Below, piece after piece: positions 28,660 to 35,354 of a DNA stretch of 35,354 bases. The first letter of the stretch is position 1. Every line of letters starts with the position of its first letter. The notes under the pieces were generated by a model. It was not told where the DNA came from. It saw only the letters and a list, made by a program, of their open reading frames with translations, and searched no databases. The stretch comes from Eledone cirrhosa (Eukaryota): NCBI GenBank assembly GCA_964016885.1, contig CAXHJY010000454.1:1-35354 (forward strand). Reading direction: 5' to 3'. A program made the position numbers and the translations under genes.

Positions 28660-30865
28660 ACTGGGGGCGGTGGTGGGGGGGTTGATGATGGTAGGGGGGG
28701 GGGGTATTGTTGATCCGGGTGGGGGTATGGTGGTGGTAGTGGTAGTGGTGGTAGTTGTAGTTGTGGTTGTGATAGTTGTGGTGGGGGCGGTGTTGTAGTT
28801 GTTGTGGCAGTTGTGGTGGTGGTTGTGGTGGGGCGGTGTTGTAGTTGTTGTGCCAGTTGTGGTGGCGGTTGTGGTGGGGGTGGTAGTTGTGGTAGTTGTG
28901 AAAGTTGGGGTTGTGGTAATTGTGGTGGTGGCGGTAGTTGTGGTTGTTGTGGCAGTTGTGGTGGCGGTTGTGGTGGTGGTGGTAGTTGTAGTTGTGGTTG
29001 TTGTGGCAGTTGTGGTGGTGGTTGTGGTGGTAGTTGTAGTTGTGTTTGTGATAGTTGTGGTGGAGGTTGTAGTTGTGGTTCTGGTGTTGTGGTAGTTGTG
29101 AAAGTTGGGGTTGTGGTAATTGTGGTGGTGGCGGTAGTTATAGTTGTTGTGGCAGCTGTGGTGGTGGTTGTGGTGGTGGTGGTAGTTGTAGTTGTTGTGG
29201 CAGTTGTGGTGGTGGTTGTGGTGGTAGTTGTAGTTGTTGTGGCAGTTGTGGTGGTGGTTGTGGTGGTGGTGGTAGTTGTAGTTGTTGTGGCAGTTGTGGT
29301 GGTGGTTGTGGTGGTGGTGGTAGTTGTAGTTGTTGTGGCAGTTGTGGTGGTGGTTGTGGTGGTGGCGGTAGTTGTAGTTGTTGTGGCAGTTGTGGTGGTG
29401 GTTGTGGTGGTGGTGGTAGTTGTAGTTGTTGTGGCAGTTGTGGTGGTGGTTGTGGTGGTGGTGGTAGTTGTAGTTGTTGTGGCAGTTGTGGTGGTGGTTG
29501 TGGTGGTGGTGGTAGTTGTAGTTGTTGTGGCAGTTGTGGTGGTGGTTGTGGTGGTGGCGGTAGTTGTAGTTGTTGTGGCAGCTGTGGTGGTGGTTGTGGT
29601 GGTGGTGGTAGTTGTAGTTGTTGTGGCAGTTGTGGTGGTGGTTGTGGTGGTGGTGGTAGTTGTAGTTGTTGTGGCAGTTGTGGTGGTGGTGGTTGTGGTG
29701 GTGGCGGTAGTTGTAGTTGTTGTGGCAGCTGTGGTGGTGGTTGTGGTGGTGGTGGTAGTTGTAGTTGTTGTGGCAGTTGTGGTGGTGGTTGTGGTGGTGG
29801 CGGTAGTTGTAGTTGTTGTGGCGGTTGTGGTTACGGTAGTGTTGTAGTTGTTGTGGCAGTTGTGGTGGTGGTTATGGTGGGGGTGGTAGGTGTAGTTGTT
29901 GTGGCAGTTGTGGTGGTGGTTGTGGTGGTGGTTGTGGTGGTGGCGATAGTTGTAGTTGTTGTGGCAGTTGTGGTGGCGGTTGTGGTGGTGGCGGTAGTTG
30001 TAGTTGTTGTGGCAGTTGTGGTGGTGGTTGTGGTGGTGGCGGTAGTTGTAGTTGTTGTGGCAGTTGTGGTGGTGGTTGTGGTGGTGGTGGTAGGTGTAGT
30101 TGTTGTGGCAGTTGTGGTGGTGGTTGTGGCGGTGGCGGTAGTTGTAGTTGTTGTGGCAGTTGTGGTGGTGGTTGTGGTGGTGGTGGTAGTTGTAGTTGTT
30201 GTGGCAATTGTGGTGGTGGTTGTGGTGGTGGCGGTAGTTGTAGTTGTTGTGGCAGTTGTGGTGGCGGTTGTGGTGGTGGTGGTAGTTGTAGTTGTGGTGG
30301 TGGTAGTTGTGACGATGGTTGTAGTGGTTGTGGTTGTAGTTGGTGTGGTAGTGGTGGTGGGGGTTGTGGTGGTGGTGGTGGTGGTGGTGGTGGTTGTGGT
30401 TTCGGTGGTTATCGTTGTTGTGGTAGTTGTGGTGGTGGCTCTAGTTGTTGTGGTTGTAGTTGTGGTAGTTGTGATGGTGGTTGTTGTGGCTGTAGTTGTT
30501 GTGGTAGTAGTGGTGGTTGTGGTGGTGGTGATGGTGGTTGCGGTTTCGGTGGTTGTAGTTTCGGTGGTTGTAGTTGTTGTGGTAGTTGTGATGGGAGTTG
30601 TAGTGGTTGTGCTTGTGGTGGTGCTAGTGGTGGTAGTGATTGTGGTTGTGGTAGTGGCGATGTTGGTTGTGGTTGTGGTAGTGGCGATGTTGGTTGTGGT
30701 TGTGGTGATGCTGATGATGGTTGTGGTGATGATGATGATGGTGGTGGTGGTGGATGATGGTGGTGGTGGTGGTGATGATGATGGTGGTGGTGGTGGATGA
30801 TGGTGGTGGTGGTGGTGATGATGATGGTGGTGGTGGTGGATGATGGTGGTGGTGGTGGTGGTGAT
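28660..30865. repeat. GT-rich trinucleotide-derived repeat with a 45-bp core unit
   Basis: ggtagttgtagttgttgtggcagttgtggtggtggttgtggtggt is repeated over about 29130-30280 and grades into (GGT/GAT)n. Confidence 0.93.
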
Positions 30866-30978
30866 GAATCTTTCCCTTGCTTTTGTGACACCGTAGTAAA
30901 ATATGAAGGATGAATTCAACTACTGTTTCTAGCATGTGAAGATGTCTGTACACTCACACATAAGCACACAGACGGACA

Positions 30979-31066
<88 letters not shown>

Positions 31067-31068
<2 letters not shown>

Positions 31069-31233
31069 TGAGAAAAATGGAGCGCTGCGTGGTTTCACAT
31101 GGGTTACATATGAATAAAATTAGTCCTTCATCAGTGATCTTCCAACCTTCATTGGTATTTCATCGCTTTAAAGACCATATACCTCTAGTAGTGAAGAGGC
31201 GGACTTCATTACTAGAGGTATATGGTCTTTAAA
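31067..31233 (-). mobile_element. Short repeat family D with terminal hairpin, abutting (CA)n
   Basis: Minus strand atgaaataccaatgaaggttggaagatcactgatgaagga...ccatgtgaaacca...ccatttttctca is homologous to 33766-33870 (+). A hairpin with 30-bp arms lies at 31167-31233. Confidence 0.55.
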
Positions 31234-31668
31234 TTGCTGTAGTGGAGTCTGTGCTGCTGTATGGGTCTGAGACTTGGACACTGACCAAGAAACTCACTCA
31301 GATGGTGGATGGGTGCTACACGAGAATGCTGAGGATGGCTCTGAACATTAATCAGTATACACTGAGGATGAAAAACTCAGAGCTGTATGGGAGCATCCCA
31401 AAAGTCAGCTCAAAAGTGACACAGAGGAGACTGAGGTTAGCTGGACATGCTCACCGACATCCAGAGTTGACATTGCACTCAGTGCTCCTTTGGGAGCCCC
31501 TACACGGACACACTAGAAGGGGAAGACCAAGGTTAACGTATGTTGATGCCCTAAGGACAGACACTGGTCTGTTGGAGACGCAGGACATGGCAGCGATAAT
31601 GAGGGACAGAGACCGCTGGAGAGAACTCGTCCATGGATCTCGGGAATTTTACCCGCCTTAGATAGATA
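31234..31668 (+). mobile_element. 5'-truncated RTE-clade LINE 3' end
   Basis: Open frame VESVLLYGSETWTLTK...RLRLAGH...RRGRPR...DRDRWR, stop at 31659-61, then a short tagatagata tail; same family as 1-654. Confidence 0.92.
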
Positions 31669-31817
31669 CCTCTAGTTGGTGCGAGCAATAGCTAAATAAA
31701 GTTATTGGGAGAAGTAAAATAGGGTGAAACGCGCGAGACGTGTAAACAAACAATGTAGGTACAAATATATATATATTTGGGGAGGGTCATATTGTTATAA
31801 TATTGCCAGAAATAATT

Positions 31818-31992
31818 CTTTCTACTTTTGGCACAAGGGCAGCACATACCCAGTGTATTACTGCTACTTTATTTTATCAACCCTGTAAGGATGAAAGGCA
31901 AAGTTAACCTCGGCGGGATTTGAATTCAGAATGGCAAGGGCCGTAACTCTATGCATCAAAGCATGGCGTCCGACCGTCTACCGATACTGCCA
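31818..31992 (-). mobile_element. tRNA-derived SINE (Meta-like domain)
   Basis: Homologous to 34152-34328 and 7701-7811; A-box tggcagtatcgg and B-box aattcaaatcc on the minus strand. Confidence 0.8.
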
Positions 31993-32109
31993 GAACACAC
32001 TCACTGTTTAGTTTGGATTTGTTTTCGCTTCTGTATATTTTATATTCCTATAGTTAAATTAGTTGGCAATCAATGTTTATCTTTGATTAACCAACAGTTA
32101 AAAGTATAG

Positions 32110-32177
<68 letters not shown>

Positions 32178-32746
32178 ATATTTGGGGAGGGTCATATTTG
32201 CGTAATATTGCCAGAATTAATAACAGAACACACTCACTGTTTGGTTGGTTTTCGCTTCTCGCTGTCTTTTATATATATATATCTGCGATCTAACTTACTC
32301 GGTCCTCAATGTTGCCATTGACTGACCGGCGGTCAAAAATAATACAGATACAATATAGACACAAACACATATATATAGTTTACATAATTTACATAAATCT
32401 TTCGTTGCACATCTGCAACATCGTCAGTGGTGTTATATTCATTGTTCCACCTGTTGTGTTGTATGTCTACGCCATTTTTTATTCAGTCTGTCTATATATT
32501 TCTTTATTTATTTGCTTGTTTGTTTATCTTATTTTATTTTGTCTTCTTTGCGCATGCGTTTGCGTCTGTGTATAGTGTTATGTGTGATGTGTGACTAGTG
32601 TGTATAGTGTTGTGTCTGCTGGGTGACTAGTGTGTGTTTATGTGCTTGTTGTTATTGTGCTTGTGTGTGTATTTATTTATCTTATTCTATTTTATTTTAT
32701 TTACTGTTTCGACACACGATTTCATATAAAAAACCTCGCTAAACTA

Positions 32747-32775
<29 letters not shown>

Positions 32776-32777
<2 letters not shown>

Positions 32778-32817
32778 CTGACTTCTTTCGTCACACATCT
32801 GTGACATCATCAGTGAT
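32776..32817 (-). ncRNA. Minimal hammerhead-like motif
   Basis: Minus strand CUGAUGA-U-GUCACA gaug UGUGAC-GAAA-GAAG-UC-AGAG. Core and stem II are good; stems I and III are weak. Confidence 0.45.
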
Positions 32818-32864
32818 GCTATTGTGTTTCCTCCCGTTGTATTGCAATGCTTGCTTATTCTATT

Positions 32865-32935
<71 letters not shown>

Positions 32936-32937
32936 CA

Positions 32938-33060
32938 GTATAGTAATGACTTCTACAGGAGTAGAACTGTTTAGTTCGTAGTGAATCATCAGAAAAGGCA
33001 ATTCCCTGGTGATTTCCTAGGAATGAAACAGTTCTACTCCTGTAGAAGTCATTGCTATAC
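32938..33060. mobile_element. Fold-back element family E with two degenerate hammerheads
   Basis: Inverted arms gtatagtaatgacttctacaggagtagaactgttt / aaacagttctactcctgtagaagtcattgctatac, with TA flanks. Confidence 0.7.
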
Positions 33061-33080
33061 CATATATATATATAAATATA

Positions 33081-33285
33081 TAACGAAGGAAATGTGGTAA
33101 GGAACCAGGTGGACCATAACGCACCAAATTACTCAATACTTAGGGTAGTAGAGTGGGTATTAGGAACGAGTAGGACCCCGACGGCTGAGCTCAGGCCGTT
33201 TCGACGGCTAATTCTGGACTAAAATCATTTTAGTCAAGAATTAGCCGTCGAAACGGCTTGAGCTCAGCCGTCGGGGTCCTACTCG

Positions 33286-33290
<5 letters not shown>
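33081..33290. mobile_element. Fold-back element family B
   Basis: Long arm matches 7813-7952; inverted arms span about 33164-33288 around taaaatcatttta. Confidence 0.8.
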
Positions 33291-33340
<50 letters not shown>

Positions 33341-33346
<6 letters not shown>

Positions 33347-33447
33347 AGTGTCAGGATGCCGACGGCTGAGCTCCGGCCATTTCGACCGCTAGATCCGAAC
33401 GAGTACTCTGGTGGGTTATGGTCCACCTGGTATTCTACAGACCTTCT
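33341..33447. mobile_element. Family B deletion derivative
   Basis: atgaaaagtgtcaggatgccgacggctgagctccggcc...gctagatccgaa matches 5418-5475 and is joined to the gagtactctggt...ggtccacctgg tail. Confidence 0.65.
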
Positions 33448-33462
33448 TTGTTATATATATAT

Positions 33463-33765
33463 ATTAATACATGGAAAATATCTTTATTATACCATATTTA
33501 TTTTATTATGCGTATTTCAAGGGCACTAAATTTTACTATCCTTTCATCAGATAAAATATAATATTTGGTGTTAAGATATTACTAGTATAAGGCCGATATC
33601 AAACTTATACTAGTAAGTTTACTAAATTAAATATGTTATTATAATTCCATTTATTTATATTGTTAATATTGATAATACTACAGAAAAAACTGTAGAGTGC
33701 TTCAAATCTGTTATAAAATTAATTCTGTTTAATAATAATCAACAAACCAAATAACTCATTGTTTA
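33463..33765. mobile_element. Fold-back element family A (diverged)
   Basis: Left part matches 7110-7150 and 35020-35105; right part is the inverse of 7025-7120; central hairpin tactagtataag/cttatactagta. Confidence 0.7.
33499..33558 (-). ncRNA. Minimal type I hammerhead ribozyme motif
   Basis: UAUUUUAU-CUGAUGA-AAGG...CCUU-GAAA-UACGCA-UA-AUAAAAUA; perfect 8-bp stem I. Confidence 0.75.
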
Positions 33766-33870
33766 ATGCAATGAAATATCTATGATCGTCGGCAAATCAC
33801 TGATGAGGGACTTATATTATTTTATTACATCCATGTGCAACCAGCAGTATTCTTCTCCCCATTTTTTCAC
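33766..33870 (+). mobile_element. Short repeat family D
   Basis: Homologous to the minus strand of 31067-31166; ends at (TA)n. Confidence 0.5.
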
Positions 33871-33913
<43 letters not shown>

Positions 33914-33917
<4 letters not shown>

Positions 33918-34102
33918 AAAAAGTATGACCACGACGGCAGAGCTCAAGCCGTTTCGACGGCTATTTCTGGAGTCCAGAAATAGCCGTCGAAACGGCTTGA
34001 GCTCTGCCGTCGGGGGTCATACTTTTTCCTATTTCCCACTCTACTACCGTAGTATTGAGTACTCTGGTACGCAATGGTCCATCTGGTTCCTTACCACAAT
34101 TC

Positions 34103-34106
<4 letters not shown>
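33914..34106. mobile_element. Fold-back element family B
   Basis: Near-perfect palindrome at 33914-34031 plus an unpaired tail to 34106; (TA)n on both sides. Confidence 0.82.
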
Positions 34107-34144
<38 letters not shown>

Positions 34145-34151
34145 AATAAGT

Positions 34152-34328
34152 GTTTCTACTTTAGGCACAAGGCCAGCAATTACTCCAGTACATTACTGGT
34201 ACTTTATTTTATCGACCCAGTAAGGATGAAAGGCAAAGTTAACCTCGGCGGGATTTGAACTCAGACCATAAAGGGCCGTAACTTTATGCTGCAAAGCATG
34301 GCTTCAAACCCTCTACCGATACTGCCAA
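34152..34328 (-). mobile_element. tRNA-derived SINE (Meta-like domain)
   Basis: Homologous to 31818-31992; B-box gagttcaaatcc on the minus strand. Confidence 0.8.
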
Positions 34329-34640
34329 TATGAAATAACGATTCCTATATTCAACTAAAGTATTGAGTACTTGGTTTAACTGTTGAAACCTCCCGATATA
34401 TATCGAGAATCCGAACTTAATTAAACACGTATACATACACACACACATATATATATGTAATGTATATATAAACACATATTTGTATATATATACACATATA
34501 TATATACATAAACACACATATATATTTACATATATATATATAATTATATATATATATAATGTAAGAGTTGAGTTTTATTGTAGCACAATAAAGAAATGCA
34601 AATATCGGATAAGTAGCACTCAGCAGTTTATTGGACTGGA

Positions 34641-34697
<57 letters not shown>

Positions 34698-34702
34698 CAT
34701 TT

Positions 34703-34735
<33 letters not shown>

Positions 34736-34820
34736 GTAATAATAATAAAATTGAAGACTAAAATCCAAAGAGGGCTCGATAAGGAAAATATATATCAAAT
34801 ATATAAGAATCGTAGAGCAA

Positions 34821-34969
34821 ATATTTATTAAAATAACAGATTAAAGTTTAAGCAAAGAATCGCTGCTTTCACCCTCAACGGGATCTTCTGAAACTTGTTA
34901 GTTTCAGAAGATCCCGTTAAGGGTGAAAGCAGCGATTCTTTGCTTAAACTTTAATCTGTTATTTTAATA

Positions 34970-34974
<5 letters not shown>
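34821..34974. repeat. Palindrome with 75-bp arms, 4-nt loop and one mismatch
   Basis: 34821-34895 versus 34900-34974; abuts (TA)n. Confidence 0.92.
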
Positions 34975-35006
<32 letters not shown>

Positions 35007-35057
35007 ATATATACAATGATATTAAATAAATGGAAACTATATTTATAAAACCATATT

Positions 35058-35103
35058 TATTTTATTATATATATTTCAAGGTGCGCTTTCATCAGATAAA
35101 ATA
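35058..35103 (-). ncRNA. Minimal type I hammerhead ribozyme motif (family A, short stem II)
   Basis: UAUUUUAU-CUGAUGA-AAG cgcac CUU-GAAA-UAUAUA-UA-AUAAAAUA. Confidence 0.75.
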
Positions 35104-35172
35104 CAAAGTTTGTTTTATAAATAGAGACATACCCATGAAAATCATACCTTATCAGTTGGAAATTCACTGGAT

Positions 35173-35354
35173 AGTCAGGGGTACGTCTCTATTTATAAAA
35201 CATGTCAGGGGTACGTCTCTACTAATAAATTATGTCATGGGTATGTCTCTATTTATAAAATATGTCATGGGTATGTCTCTATTTATAAAACATGTCATGG
35301 GTAGTCTCTATTTATAAAACATGTCATGGGTATGTCTCTATTTAATAAAACAAA
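35173..35354. repeat. 30-bp tandem repeat (about 6 units), inverse of 35112-35137
   Basis: catgtcatgggtatgtctctatttataaaa units; the reverse complement ttttataaatagagacatacccatga lies just upstream. Confidence 0.88.

Noticed and set aside
28804-30919. Gly/Cys-rich keratin-associated-like, poly-Val and poly-Thr ORFs
   Set aside because: Trinucleotide-derived repeat open in several frames on both strands, with no credible start, splice or domain context.

Overview
Eukaryotic, repeat-saturated non-genic or intronic DNA. The SINE families and the extreme (TA)n/(CA)n/(TACA)n load suggest a coleoid cephalopod such as octopus (inference from repeat recognition only). No host protein-coding gene is supportable, and nearly all long ORFs in the track are microsatellite or minisatellite artefacts. 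Real coding remnants are all non-LTR retrotransposons: an RTE-clade copy with a 5' inversion (1-1313), a 5'-truncated CR1-group copy with an uninterrupted 732-codon ORF2 segment (24743-27030, minus), and a short RTE 3' end (31234-31668). Three long tandem arrays are present: 40 bp; 104 bp (probably an amplified retroelement 3' end, with higher-order structure); and 84 bp (an amplified SINE 3' end). The most striking unannotated signal is a set of short non-coding fold-back (palindromic) elements in (TA)n tracts. They carry type I hammerhead ribozyme motifs, often one per arm on opposite strands: seven motifs with all core elements and stems, plus several weaker or degenerate ones. They look like several families of non-autonomous Penelope-like or retrozyme-like retroelements.
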